Shown here: one piece after another, positions 13,655 to 26,031 of the stretch
How positions within the stretch are numbered: the first letter of the stretch is position 1
How the letters are laid out: every line of letters starts with the position of its first letter
Source: Takakia lepidozioides
Lineage: Eukaryota; Plantae; Bryophyta
Length of the DNA: 64,000 bases
Assembly (NCBI GenBank): GCA_030704615.1
Contig: CM060733.1
Span: forward strand, 9,920,001 to 9,984,000
Reading direction: 5' to 3'
Program-made: the position numbers and the translations under genes
Notes under the pieces: model-generated
What the model was told of the DNA's origin: nothing
The model's database searches: none
The model's input: the letters and a program-made list of their open reading frames with translations, nothing else

Positions 13655-14560
13655 TGAAGGCATTTGTCTTCTGGACTTGTTTGGCGGGATTGGCTGCTGT
13701 TCTACAGGCAGGTAAACGAGTACGGCGTTACTTGTATGTGGAGAAGGATGAGACTGCACGACACGTCTCACTCCGTCATATTGCTCAGTTGGTGCAACAG
13801 TACCCTGAGTTGTTGCCGGTGTCTGCGGTTCGTGGATATCAGCAGGCCTTGCCAACAGACATTTCGTTGCTGGGGGCGCACGATTTGGAGCGGGTTGGCT
13901 CCATTGATCTGGTAGTGGCAGGTTGGCCCTGCCAAGGGCATTCATCAGCCGGGCATGGCAATGGATTGCGAGACTCGAGGTCGGGTCTGTTTTAGGAGAT
14001 GGTGCGGGTTTTGCGCCACTTGCAGCTTCATCAAGCTGTATCTCCAGCATACATCTTGGAGAATGTGCCACTGATAAGCGATTATCGGGCCAGGGTGATG
14101 GCCAGTGTGCATCAAGTCCGGTCGTGGCTTGGGTCAGCAGTGTTGCTAGATGCAGCTACAGTGGGGTCACGGGCTCATCGTCCATGGCTATGGTGGACTA
14201 ACTTGATGCCACCAGCACTGCTTAAGCGTGCATTTGATACATGGAGGCAGTCTCAACGTGTGAGACACGATGACCGTTCGCCTTTGGCAGTGGTCAACGA
14301 GGTGGGTCAACCACGAGCAGCACTACCTACACTGCTCAGCTTCCCAGGATCGCATGCTTTCCGGGATAATGGACCTGGCCTCCTGTGGGATGCTCAGTTG
14401 CAGCAATTAGTGGAGCCTAATGCCGACGAGCAAGAGCGGGCTATGGGTTTTTCCACTGGGACCACGGCGGTGCCTTCTCTTTCTGAGGCATCACGTCGTC
14501 AGGTGTTGGGGCAAGCAATGGATCTAAATTGCTTGACCTGGATTATCAGCTTGGCTATGG
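13655..14560 (+). pseudogene. C5-cytosine DNA methyltransferase domain (DNMT3/Dcm-like) inside pol
   Basis: Motifs in canonical order: I LDLFGGIG, II YVEKD, III DI, IV AGWPCQGHS, RSGLF, VI ILENVP, VIII AHRPWLWWTN, IX/X ERAMGF...VLGQAM. Frameshift near 13690 and TAG at 13993-13995. Confidence 0.9.
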
Positions 14561-15017
14561 CTGAGCAACAAAGAGTGCGGAGTGCACTTCCCTTGATGGT
14601 CTCTCTGCCTACCGAGACGGTATAGGCAGTGAGTGGGGGCGAGCCGGTGAGGACCACAGGGTGTAGACATCCATGGCACACGTGGGAGGTGCTCGAGGTT
14701 CAGAGGGAGTTGGCAGCCAAGGCGGCTGTGATGGATGAGGTTGGGGATTCTTCTCAGGTTGAGGAGGTCCTCAAGGATGAGATGATGGGGCAGGATGATG
14801 CCTTGTCATTGACTGAGCAGGCAGGGAGTACTGCTCAAGAGGTTGCGGCATAGCAACCACGGGACGCGTCCTCTACCTCTAAGTCTATTGGACTTAAGGT
14901 TGCAGTTACGAAGGGCAATTGGGAGCCTGACATTGGACCTATTGTCACTAGAGGAGAGAGACGACGTATACGGCGGTTCCTGAGGCTTGCAGGAATTGCT
15001 TTGTCTCTCGTGCTACG

Positions 15018-15110
15018 GTGGAGGAGCATGAGAAACATGTTCAGGTTGTGCATCGACCGGGTTTGGTCAATCGGGATGCGGATGGATTGAGTCGCAATCC
15101 ATGCACGAGC
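15018..15110 (+). pseudogene. C-terminal end of Gypsy RNase H
   Basis: VVHRPGLVNRDADGLSR matches the YRPGxxNxxADALSR motif; RT upstream is missing. Confidence 0.75.
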
Positions 15111-15895
15111 CAGCAGGATGACACTGGAGTTCGGTGGCATGGTGAGACGGACGAGGAGATGGTGCCGGGATGGCACGCATCTGCATTTTTGTGTATCCTA
15201 GCATCGGCCTGGGAGGTGCACTCTTTATAAAATGTCTGTATCGCGTGCGTTCGTCGCCTAATAAAAAAAACCCCTGTATACGGGTCCTTGGATCATTTAT
15301 ACCCCCTCTGTACATACATTTTGAAGATTATAAAACCCCCTCCTGTAAATATATAGAAATTTGTAATTTTTAAAAAGTACCCCCTTATGTATGTATATTT
15401 CCCTTTTCAATAATTAAAAAATACCCTCAAATATGTATATGTATGTTTTTATATTATATCAAGTTTATTCATTTAAAATCGAATAAAATCTAATAAATTA
15501 ATTTAAAAAAATTGTTTGCCCTCGATAAAACTTGTTGTGGAATCTCACTTTGAACAATATTCAGAGCAGAGCGGAAAGGGACATTGTCAATGCCCGATGT
15601 GCAAGAGGCTTGAAGAAAGTTTCAATTTTCTGATATACAGTCCTAGGTATTTTCATCAAAGAGTGATCCTCTTGAAGACCATCAAGACCTAGTCACTGCA
15701 CCTCTGTTCATCAACTAGGACAATTTCTAAACTTGTTCTACAGTTTCAACCTTTGCAAGGTCCAATTATGTTCAAAACCTACTGTTGAGAATTCCTCTCC
15801 AAAAAGAGATTTCGTGCACCTTTGCTGCCACTGTTGGAGTCCAACCTGAAGATGATAGAGTTCAATACATTCAATTAGGTGACAAGCATTTCATT

Positions 15896-17260
15896 TCACC
15901 AATACTCCCCACAAGAACAAACACCATTTTGGAAGTGGTGAAAGCGGTTTGCATCCCGTACAACAATCTCTTGCTTAGCTATCTTTGAGATGAATTTGGT
16001 GGCTGTGTGGCAATCACCACACATCCGAAGATTCCTGGTGATCCTCAAAGAGATCCCAGAGGGTGTGTTGATAAGCCCAAAAACAATGGCCAACTTCTCA
16101 TTGTGGTGGCAAATTCTTTAAGCTCTTCCTCAACATCATGCAATGCAAAGCGCGGGCTTCACCCCTTTGCACATCATTTGCTCATAGGTCTCCAAAGCCT
16201 CCATCCCGCGCCCTTGCTGTGCATATCCTGCAATCATCGCACTCCACGACAGCACATCTCGTTCAGTCATACCGTTGAACACTCCCTTCATACATGTCCA
16301 CGAGGGTATTGTTTAGAATGACATTTGATACAATTGCAAATCTGACAATGTCGCCATGGACCTCTTTGCCCTTTTCCAGAGCTGACAGGCTTGCACACGC
16401 ATTGCAAATGTACACAAATGTGATGTGGTCGGGCTTCACCCCTTCCCCCATCATTTGATCATAGGTCTCCAAAGCCTCCATACCACGTGCCTGCTGTGCA
16501 TACCCTGCAAGCATCGCACTCCACGACACCACATCTCGTTCAGCCATGGAAACTCCCTTCGCATCCTTAATGCCCACATTTGGCATACATGTCCACCAGG
16601 GGAGTGTTCAGAATGACATCTGGTACAATTCCAGCTTTGACAATGTCACCATGGACCTCTTTCCCCTTTTCCAGAGCTCGCAGGCTTGGACACGCATTGC
16701 ATCCTGCCAACATTATATCCACGTGATCAAAGATCGTTGAGGCATTCTGTTGAACACTTGGTGAGCATCAATGATGCTCCCGCACATAACATACAGGTTG
16801 ACAAGGGTGTTGAGTAGAAAAACATTTGGCGTGAATCCACTTTGGATAATGTGAGTGTGCACCTGCTTTCCAGCTTCGAGACCTTCCATCTTGATGCACT
16901 TAAGCAAGAGACAAACATACATATCTGAATCTGCTGAACTGCTTCCTTGGTTTAGAGTCTGTAGAGCTTCTGTCAGGCTGTCGCACAAAGTATCTTCACA
17001 TGCCCAGAAGTGCCAGAAGAGGCATTGTGGACTCCCTCTCTTGATCCTCTTTCAGAAGCTGTGGTCATGGTTGAGGTGCCTGATTTTATCAACTGTGCCG
17101 CTGCAGCTGCTGCCTTTAGTTGACCATCTACCCATGCAGGTTTCTTGTAGCTACTGACCCCCACATGGAATCAAGGTAATCTGGAGCTTGAAGTCCAGCC
17201 ACTCCCTCCGCATCCTCAATGCTCCCACAATGGCATACATGTCCACAAGGGTATTGTTCA
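15896..17260 (-). pseudogene. PLS-class PPR-DYW RNA-editing factor, internally deleted
   Basis: DYW domain [12 protein letters not shown]...[17 protein letters not shown]...[20 protein letters not shown]; PPR motifs RDVVSWSAMLAGYAQ and NVFLLNTLVNLYVMCG lie in different frames. Confidence 0.9.
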
Positions 17261-17433
17261 TAATCACATCCAGTAATTCAAAGGTCAGATGGTGGGGTCA
17301 GCTGCAACATATGTCCAACACCAGATTTCCTAAGTTAATCGACTCTATATCTTGGAAACATCGACTCTATATCTTAAAACTACATGCTCTAGCTTAGGCT
17401 TGGATTTCATGGCTAATGGTTCCATCTCGAGAC

Positions 17434-19214
17434 TTGATAACAGGGGTACGTTGAAGTTGCAATGACCAAAAGTGCTTCTAATTGAGTCCCACATCAATTC
17501 AATCTCAAAGAAGTTTGTCCCTTGACTGGCTGGAGAGCGGTCTTAGACATTGGTGATTCAATGGGGCGCTCTAGGAAGACAACCAAGGGCAAGGACTTCA
17601 ACTTGAGAGTTTCTAATCGGTTTGATGCTATGAATCCATGGGGTAACTGTCCCCCCTTTGCAGAACGGTTGGCCATCCACGAGCAATCACAAGCTACCTA
17701 GAACAACAAACAATTCACATGCAAAGGGCTGGCTTGCGGCTGGCCACTTTCAACTTCTCAGGGTTGACCAACCAAAGGAAACAACTCGAAGTGGGACAAG
17801 TTCTTCGGACTAATGATATTCATATCTGTGCTGGGCAGAAACATGGGAAACGTCGGATAAACTGGTTGGAGATGTCAATGGTTATAAATGGGCAGGTAAG
17901 ATGTGTACTCTCAAGGCAGCCTCTGCCAAACGCAGTAAAAAAGGGGCTGGATTCTTTGTCCAAGATTTCTTGTTTGACAATTGTGAAATTATCAACAAGG
18001 GTTTGAGGTACGAGCATAGTATCTGGCTAAAACTGAATCTGAAGGGCGGCTTGAGTACAAAGGACCTCTTTGTGGGTTGTGTTTACATGCCCACAGAGGG
18101 GACCCTTAGTGCTGACGCAGACAAAGCCTTCGAAGATGTAAAACTGGACTGTGCTTCGTTCCTTGCCAAAGGTCAGGTGGTGCTATTGGGTGACTTCAAT
18201 GCCCGGGTGGGCAAAGGGCTCCATCAGGACGATATCACTGGGCCTTCTGGTGAGGACGAGCTGAATTCTAATGTCAGACGGTTAATTAACTGTCTGGAAG
18301 AGCTTCATCTTTTGACCTTGAATAACAGGACAAGAGGTGACCAAGTGCAGTGGACTCGTGAGAAATCCCAAACTGGGGAACGTTCCATTGTGGACTATAT
18401 CATAATGGACAAAAATTTGTTCCCCCAGTGTGCCAATGTGTTGATCGACAGAACTGATATTGGTACCTCTGACCACTTCCTGGTTTGGACTGAGATCAAA
18501 AGGTGTTTTCCCAACACCTGAGTGAAAGAGATTCTCAAGGACCTGGACCTGGATTCGCAAGTCATGACCCTGCTGGATAAATCCGACTTAGAGGCTGTAG
18601 TGTCCAAAGCCATGTCTGTTGCCATGAGATTGTCTGATGAAAATGAAGTTAGGCAGAAAACTTCCCTGAACTTGTTTCCAGTCAGTGACATGGGGGAGGA
18701 CATCATAGATGACCTCAAGGGTCCACCCACTCTCGGCACTAGACTGAAATTTAAACTTAGGGTAGGAAGCCAACCTTTGAACATCAAACAGAAGCAGAGA
18801 GGAAAGGGAGAGTGCACTTCCCATTGTGTGGGCAATCTGAAGACAGTATTCATTTTCTGATACACTGTCCGGGGTTCTCTCATTGATAACAGGTGTACGT
18901 TGAAGGTTGCAATGACCAAAAGTGCTTCTAATAGAGTCCCACATCAATTCAATCTCAAAGAAGTTCGTCCCTTGACTGGCTGGAGAGCGGTCTTAGACAT
19001 TGGTGATTCAATGGGGCGCTCTAGGAAGACAACCAAGGGCAAGGACTTCAACTGCAGGTGACCAAGTGCAGTGGACTCGTGAGAAATCCCAAACTGGGGA
19101 ACGTTCCATTGTGGACTATATCATAATGGACATAAATTTGTTCCCCCAGTGTGCCAATTTGTTGATCGACAGAACTGATATTGGTACCTCTGACCACTTC
19201 CTGGTTTGGACTGA
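17434..19214 (+). mobile_element. LINE remnant: APE endonuclease joined to the C-terminal tail, RT deleted, with internal duplications
   Basis: LATFNFSGL, VLLGDFNARVG, IVDYII and SDH motifs; tail KFKLRVGSQPL...C..C. 17434-17603 repeats at 18883-19053 and 18335-18493 repeats at 19056-19214. Confidence 0.85.
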
Positions 19215-19584
19215 CTCAAAAGAGGACCTCTTGTGTGTGCCTACTTGTGTCTGTAGTCAGGTAACGATGGATTGGTCAGTGAGAACCACCACGGTGCAGC
19301 TGAGCACGGCCTGCTAAGACCAAGCTGACTCTCCCAAGAACCTTATGAACATCTGGAAGAATACCAAATCAGGTACTAATAGGAGGCAAGAGCCCGCAAT
19401 AGCAGAATGGAAAAAATTCTTCACATCGTACCTTAAGAAAATGCCACACCTTGCGATTGCAGTTGTCCCACCATTGTCAATCTTCTAAAAACTCATGCCA
19501 GGTCTGCTCAGTGCTGCAAATTCAAGGCCGACTCTGATGAGAGGGCAAGACAGGCTGAAATAGGTCAAAGAAGAAGGTGCCCTC

Positions 19585-20879
19585 ACCACGGCTCTCCGGA
19601 CGCCCGCAACACTATAAGTGATGCATCCACGTAGTTGTAGATAAAATCATCATCCACCGGATCGCAAGAGGAGTCAACATGCGCCCCCCCCCCCTTCAGG
19701 ACTTCTAACTCCTTCACGGAAGACGGTGTGGATGGGCGGCGTTCTCTTACAAGACAGTGTGCGTCGAAAGCGCACGAGTCTGCATGATTAAAACAGGGAA
19801 GACACTGGAGTGGGCACCGAAGCCAAGGCTAGGGAAAGACTAATGAGAACACTTACACCATGCTTGCATCAACGCAAAGATAGTAGGGGAGAAGGACAGG
19901 CAAAAATTGGAAACAGACAAGTCAAAACCGTGTCATCGAGTCCTGCAGTGTCCAAGGGTCCCGGGTTGTTGATCTTACTCTTGGAACAAGTTTGTGGTTT
20001 GCACTGACAGTCTTGCAATGTTCTGCCTTCATTTGCTATTCTTTTTGGATTGCAGGCACGACTTGCTCTTTGCTCATTGATCGGTTTTGCATGTAGGGGC
20101 TTCATTCCGTGCCTGCAAGGGAGCAGAAAGGCATCTGTTCGCCTTTGAGGGCGATGCCAACCTCTACAATGAGGTAATAGCTCCTCTCCATGAGGGCTCG
20201 AGTTCAAGGCACGCAAACAGATGCGGCGCTTGCAGCAGTGGCCGTGGAACACAAAGACATGGCCGACATTGACGACGATTTTGATTGTGAGTAAGTCTAC
20301 ACCATTCTTTTACGTTCTTCTTTGTCAGCTTTTGCTTCTTTAGTTGGGCCTCCACTGTCGTGTGAGAATGGGGGATGCTCATGAAACTTTGGGATGTTTT
20401 TGCAGGAGCCCAAGATCGCCAAGGTTCCTCCCTTTTTTTGCGAACGCGGACTTCTATCCTAGTTTGCCCCCCCTTCTTGAATTGTCATGTTATGTGGAGG
20501 CTGCAGCCAAAGCATTTGCAGGCACTCGACATCCATCTTGTTGTCAATTATTCATCCATGCATTCATGCATTCATCCATCCATCAGTGTACCAGCGTTCA
20601 TCCAAATTCAATGTTATGTTCATCCAGAGTTCATCCAGAATGCATCGAATATTCATCCAACATTCATGATCCACATGCGCACAATGTCTCTTCTACAAAG
20701 TTGCAAACTACTACTTGGTTGTATGCATCTTTTCCCGCGGTTACAGGTCTCCCGGGGTTTTCTCATCCACGGTTATAGGCCCGCGCAGTGACAATCATCC
20801 TCATCCATTAGCATCTTTCCGCTCACGGATGAGCATCTTCTCGCTCACGAATCTTTCCGCTCACGGATTAGCATCCCCC
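19585..20879 (+). mobile_element. MTase-side end of a diverged copy of the ParB-MTase Mutator-like family
   Basis: Plus-strand exons IESCSVQGSRVVDLTLGT (about 19933-19989) and GASFRACKGAERHLFAFEGDANLY (from about 20097) match 44350-44700(-). 19585-19790 holds the preceding exon part inverted. CATCC-rich tract, then TIR ending GCTCACGGATTAGCATCCCCC at 20879. Confidence 0.8.
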
Positions 20880-20975
20880 TTAATACTGCTGAGCTGTTTC
20901 TAGGGCGGCGAAATGCTGCATGATTATCATGAGAATGATGGAAAGAAGAAAGTAGACTGTGCGAAGATAAACAGT

Positions 20976-23900
20976 ATGAACACAGAATATGAGTCGCCCC
21001 ACATTGTCCAGTGTGCTTCATCCCAGTCCATGCGTACCATGTCTCCCACCTCAGACGTGGTAATATTGTACTCCCCTCTGCAAGCCGAGTACCTGAGCGC
21101 CGTGGCCGACAACAATGGCCTGGCCATTGTTGAGGAGGATTTGATTTGCATAACATTCCGCATTGAGCCAGGGATCGTCCATGTGGTTAGAGAGGTGTAC
21201 GATAGTAGTGGGAAGGTCGAGGGAATGCAGGTTCAGAAGCCGCATAAACGGGATGGTCGAAGAGAGTGGAGAGTTCCACCCACCAAGTACCGCGTTCATG
21301 GAGATCAGAGACACCTTTCATCGGACACTATACTCACGCCCGGAACAGCAGCTTCGGTGGCGCAGGCGCCAAATCTGTCCCCATCAAGACAGAAGAAACT
21401 ACCTCCACGACATTTGTCGAGCTCTCGGACAGTTCGGAAGACGAAGTCACGGAGGTCCCTCTTCCTACGAACTCTCCTATACTGATAGACCCCGATGTCC
21501 AGGAGATCATTAGTGTCATTCCCAAGTTGCAGTCGTTGAGAGGGTTGCCAGGATGCAAGAGCGATGTGAGAGGCATTGTTTGGGAAACACAGCGGATCCA
21601 AAGAGCGAAATTTCTACCCCCTGACTTTGATGGAGACATCGTTTTTGCACTGCCACCTCCAACGTCATGTGGAGGTTTGGCTGGACTCATGGCGGGCATG
21701 GACAAGAAACACGATGGACATCCATGGTGTCGGACTAAAACTTCCAATATCTGTAATCCGCATGGCCTGAAGTTTCGGAGATCCATTTGCACTGGGCACT
21801 TGCGTTGTGTAAATTTGGATTGCCAGCATTTTCAAATGGCCGGTGTGGAAAATGAGACGGAGTGGGAGGGAGTCTGCGACAACCCATTTCAAGTAGGGTG
21901 TGCTCCTCCAAAGAGCAGTTCCGTCGTTTGCAAGTTGTGTAAAGTCGTGCCACAGTGCATGGAGGAATGCAATGCACGGATGTACTACGTGCTGCACCGT
22001 ATCAACCACCTCACACGGGCTTGTATCCATTTTGGCACCCATGCACATCCAGTGTCGAGAGGAGATTGCAGGGAGAGTGTTGAGACAGTGCGTTCGCTGC
22101 TTCAGCAAGAATTTCAAAATGCTCCCACTGCATCACCATCAGCCATTGCTATGGTAGCAAGCAAAGGCTTCCTGCATAAACATCTGCTGGGGGAGTCAGA
22201 CGAGACAACGACTAAGTTTGATGAGGCATCGCTTGACTTTGTGATGGACCATTTCTCATCATTGGCTTCTCCAAATGCTCATTATCAAATCAACGTCCTT
22301 AGGACTGGGGCAGGCAACAAAAGATACGTAGATAACATCCTAGAATTGAAGCGCAGAAGTCGATACGACTTCATCCAGGACAATGTTTTCCCAGGACAGG
22401 GGTCCCAAAAAGTATACTTGTTCAAGATGTCCACTGTTGCGGAGGGTTCTGGAGTTAGCTTGGTGCGTAGAATGCAGGCTGGGGGTGATCTTCATAAGTC
22501 CTGGGTAATGTTTGATCACGTGAAGCGAGTGAAGGATTGGACGACCATGGCCTGTCATGTGTATGATCCTACGTACCAGCAAGTTATGACTATTGCTGTT
22601 TGTGACATGCAGTCGGAGGACACAGAGTCCCAAATTCTTATGTGGAAGGCTCTAGTTAACGTCATGAGAATTCATGATTTTCCAGATGCATATTTCACAG
22701 AGTTCATGGCAGACAGCGCACAAGCTAATTGGAATGTTGTGCGGACTGTGTTTGGCTCTGGTGACCTGAAAATACCAATGCAAGGCCGGGAACGCACTTG
22801 CCTCTTTCATTGGACCCAGTCCCTTTGACGACACATAAAAAATTCCATAAAATTGGAGTTGCAAGAGGAGCACCTGCGACTATGCCGTCTATACAAAGTT
22901 GCCACCACAGAAAGGGAAGAAAATGCCATGTTTCGTACTATCAGAGCATGGTGGTACTCCTCTGAGGCGGCGAGTCTGGAGGGGATCAAAGAGCTAGAAG
23001 ACTGGTTGGGCTTTTGGCACTTCAGATACAGACAGTGGGGTGCCTTCATGACCGCTGTAAGTTAGACTCATAGTACCATGATTTTAAATTCTTCTTATAT
23101 ATATGGGGGTGTGCACCAGCGGCCTTGCTGTCCAGTCTAGTCGAATGCTGCTCCACATAACAGTGGCATGTGTGTGGCATTTACCTGCAAAATATGTCAC
23201 TGGAAGACATTGCGGATATGCCATCGTGCAATCTCGCGGAGACTGTTCATAGTATGTGGATGACGCAATCCGGTAAGAACGGCCGGAACCTTTACATTGC
23301 AACTGCAGATGACCTTATCCGCACTCTTTCGCAACAAACAAAGTACCGAGACTTCCTCAGGGGACGGGGTGCTGGTAAAGGGCTGGACAGGGCAGAGTTG
23401 CTGCTCAGGGCTGCTAATAGATGCAAACATCCTGCAAAAATGGCGCGGGCTGTTAACGAGTACATGATTGGAACACCTTTGCAGTCCAGGCTCCCACATC
23501 TGGAAAGTGAGGAGAGATTCGGATCATGCAAGCGCAAACTGGACACCCCTCCAGGATCGGCGGGTGACACCCATTGGCATGATAGAGACAATTTCTCCAT
23601 AGCTCGTGTGCCTGTGCCACCCAATTTTGGATGTACTTCTCCATCTGTGGATGCAGGTTCTTCTGCAGATTTCGATGCAACATATGCCACAGCTCTGGCA
23701 CGGGGAGAAGGACGGACGCTGCTGTTGGTTGAGGAGACCGATTTTGTGGTGATTCAATGTGGCACATAGAACGGACTCCGAAAGGATCGAAAGTTGGTTG
23801 TTTTGCTATCAGGGCACTGTCTTTTGTGAAGTGCACAAGTAAAATTTGCAGAGGCGCTGGCGGGACTCCAGCACCGACATTCACAGGTTTGTTCAAATAT

Positions 23901-24587
23901 TACTTAGTGCGGGAGTCTAGACCTCACAAGTTCTGGTTCTGCCCCGATGACATTCAGCATTGTGTGATGGGGACTTGTCGGGATTCAGTCATCAGCAAGC
24001 CTACCATCCCTGTCGTCTGGCCAGTCAAGGTCGGAACATCTGTCCCCAAACAAGAGATAGACATGCTGGAGGATGCTGGGTTTCGACTTCCAAGAGGCCC
24101 AACAGTCCTAACACCAACATCATCTCGTGGTACACCATCTGCATTCCCTGCACGTCCACCACATGGGAACGACTGGCCAACGAAAATGAATGGAAAACCG
24201 GTTCGTCGTGTTGAGGCAGGTGCAGATAACCAGTGCAAAATTGAGTTTGCGAGAACCCTGCAGTGTCGGGTTACCCAAATTGTTAATGTCCCCCCTCCAG
24301 GCTATGGGCGGGTGTACAGTATGGTGACTTCGGGATTGGTTCTTCATGATAGGACTTATAAGATTACTATTGGGAATTTTCCTAATTGCACATGCCCGGA
24401 CTTCGACAACACAATAAACAACTCCATTGGAAAGAGAGGTAAATTTGTCCCATGCAAACATCTTTACTATATCTACATTCACAGGATGTTTTGTGATCCT
24501 CAACGAGACACGTGCATTCACCAATGCACAATGGGTCCCAGTGACGTTCAAACACTTCTGCAAAGAGATAGGATAGTTGACATCTGA
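20976..24587 (+). pseudogene. GCM-like/MULE-DDE/SWIM transposase, copy A
   Basis: ORFs 20913, 21266, 22853, 23170 and 23757 are collinear with 50508-54007: DGHPWCRTKTSNI, MFDHVKRVK, FMADSAQAN, CLFHW, CNLAETVH, CTCPDF...PCKHL. Stop at 22828, frameshifts, intron about 23057-23190. Confidence 0.9.
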
Positions 24588-24827
24588 TGTGTTTTGTCGG
24601 AGTTCTATATGTGTCAATGACTCCACTTTGTTGAATTACTTTGATATGCTCCACTATCGCGAGTTCACCAATGTTTCTTAATTTGTCCACTATTGGAAAT
24701 GAGACCAGTCACTCTTCACCCACTTTGATCAAGTAAACCCAAACATTTCCCCATTTTTGGGCTTTTATTTATTTATTTTATTTTTGTTCGTATTTGGTGA
24801 AATTCCCATGTCCAAACAGGGCATGGG

Positions 24828-25537
24828 ATTAAGATGTCGTTGACGACATCTTAATTCGTGCTTCCCTGAGCAGGATTACAGCTCCCCCCTATGGTTCTCT
24901 CCAGCCAATCTATTTTTATATGCTCCACTATTGCGAGTTCACCAATGTTTTTTAATAGATCCACTAATGCAGTCACTCTTCATGGATCCACTTTGTTCAA
25001 GTAAACCCAGCCCTTTCTCCATTTTGGGGCTTATATATATATATATATATATAATGATTTATCCTGTTTGGTGAAATTCCCATGTTCAAAGAGGGCAGGG
25101 GATTAAGATGTCGTTGACGACATCTTAATTCGTCGTTCCCTGAGGAGGGTTACAACTCCCCCCTATGGTTTTTTCCAGGCCAGATTTTTTTTCTTGCAAC
25201 GATTTTCATGGGTTCATTTCTCATGCTGAGCATGCGATTTAAGATGTCGTTGACGACACCTTAATGCCTGGTGCATGCGCTTGCTGATCCCTCACGAGAC
25301 ATTCCTGGATCCACTTTGTTCAAGTAAACGCAAGCCTTTCTCCATTTTTGGGCTTACATATATATAAGGCAGGGGATTAAGATGTCGTTGACGACATCTT
25401 AATTTGTCATTCCCTGAGCAGGGTTACAACTCCCCCTATGGTTTCTTCTAGGCCACATTTTTCTTCTTGCAACGATTTTCATGGGTTCATTTCTCATGCT
25501 GAGCATGCGATTTAAGATGTCGTTGACGACACTTTAA
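24828..25537. repeat. Five copies of the palindrome TTAAGATGTCGT-TG-ACGACATCTTAA within longer tandem units
   Basis: Copies at about 24828, 25102, 25239, 25376 and 25511; best copies have 13-bp arms and a 2-bp spacer. Confidence 0.95.
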
Positions 25538-26019
25538 TGCCTGGTGCATGCACTTGCTGATCCCTCAGGAGACATGCTCATACAGTCCTCCATAGTCCCA
25601 TCATCTTGACAACTTCTCATCCGTGCTTCATCCAACGTTCATCCATTACACTTTTACGTCCATCCCAAATCCATTCATCCGTGAATGTATCATCGTGTAT
25701 TCGTACCACTTTCTCATCATGGAGCCTGTCTGTCTTCGGTCCGATGGAGCGGAGACTGCGTCTTTGCAGTGAAGTTGGCGTCCACGGAAATAGGCCCACT
25801 TGTTCCCACGGTTTTGGGGTCCGCAAGCGAAATCTACTCACGCTTTGATTCTGCTCACGAATCCAGGAATCTGCTCACAGGTTCTGCTCACGGCTTTGCT
25901 GCCCTCAAACTTTCAGATCTAACTCCAAGCACTCAAGCTTTCATATCTTAACCCAAGCACTAAAGCCTATTGGTTGTAAATCAAATACTCATCTCATTCT
26001 ATCTCTCAGACAGAACCTT

Positions 26020-26031
26020 GCTCTGATACCA
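26020..26031 (-). promoter_or_regulatory. Primer-binding site (tRNA-iMet) of the Copia element
   Basis: GCTCTGATACCA is the reverse complement of TGGTATCAGAGC and abuts the LTR. Confidence 0.95.

Larger units (their letters stand above)
7516..15225 (+). mobile_element. Degenerate Ty3/Gypsy LTR retrotransposon carrying a C5 DNA methyltransferase domain
   Basis: Order is gag, protease, C5-MTase, then an RNase H tail; RT is largely deleted and integrase absent. The 5' boundary and LTR are uncertain (long repeat-rich non-coding 7516-10723). Confidence 0.75.
20880..25906 (+). mobile_element. Transposase half of a family copy, ending in a TIR at 25906
   Basis: Transposase pseudogene, palindrome array, CATCC tract, repeated CTGCTCACG, end GCTCACGGCTTTGCTGCCCTC followed by 9-bp AAACTTTCA (25907-25915). 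Confidence 0.85.

Noticed and set aside
15226-15540. AT-rich segment as a MITE or Helitron end
   Set aside because: No second terminus or TSD found.
24828-25537. Palindromic repeats as a CRISPR array (also 46365-47086)
   Set aside because: Spacers are about 80-250 bp, irregular and partly repeats of each other; no cas genes; eukaryotic TE context.
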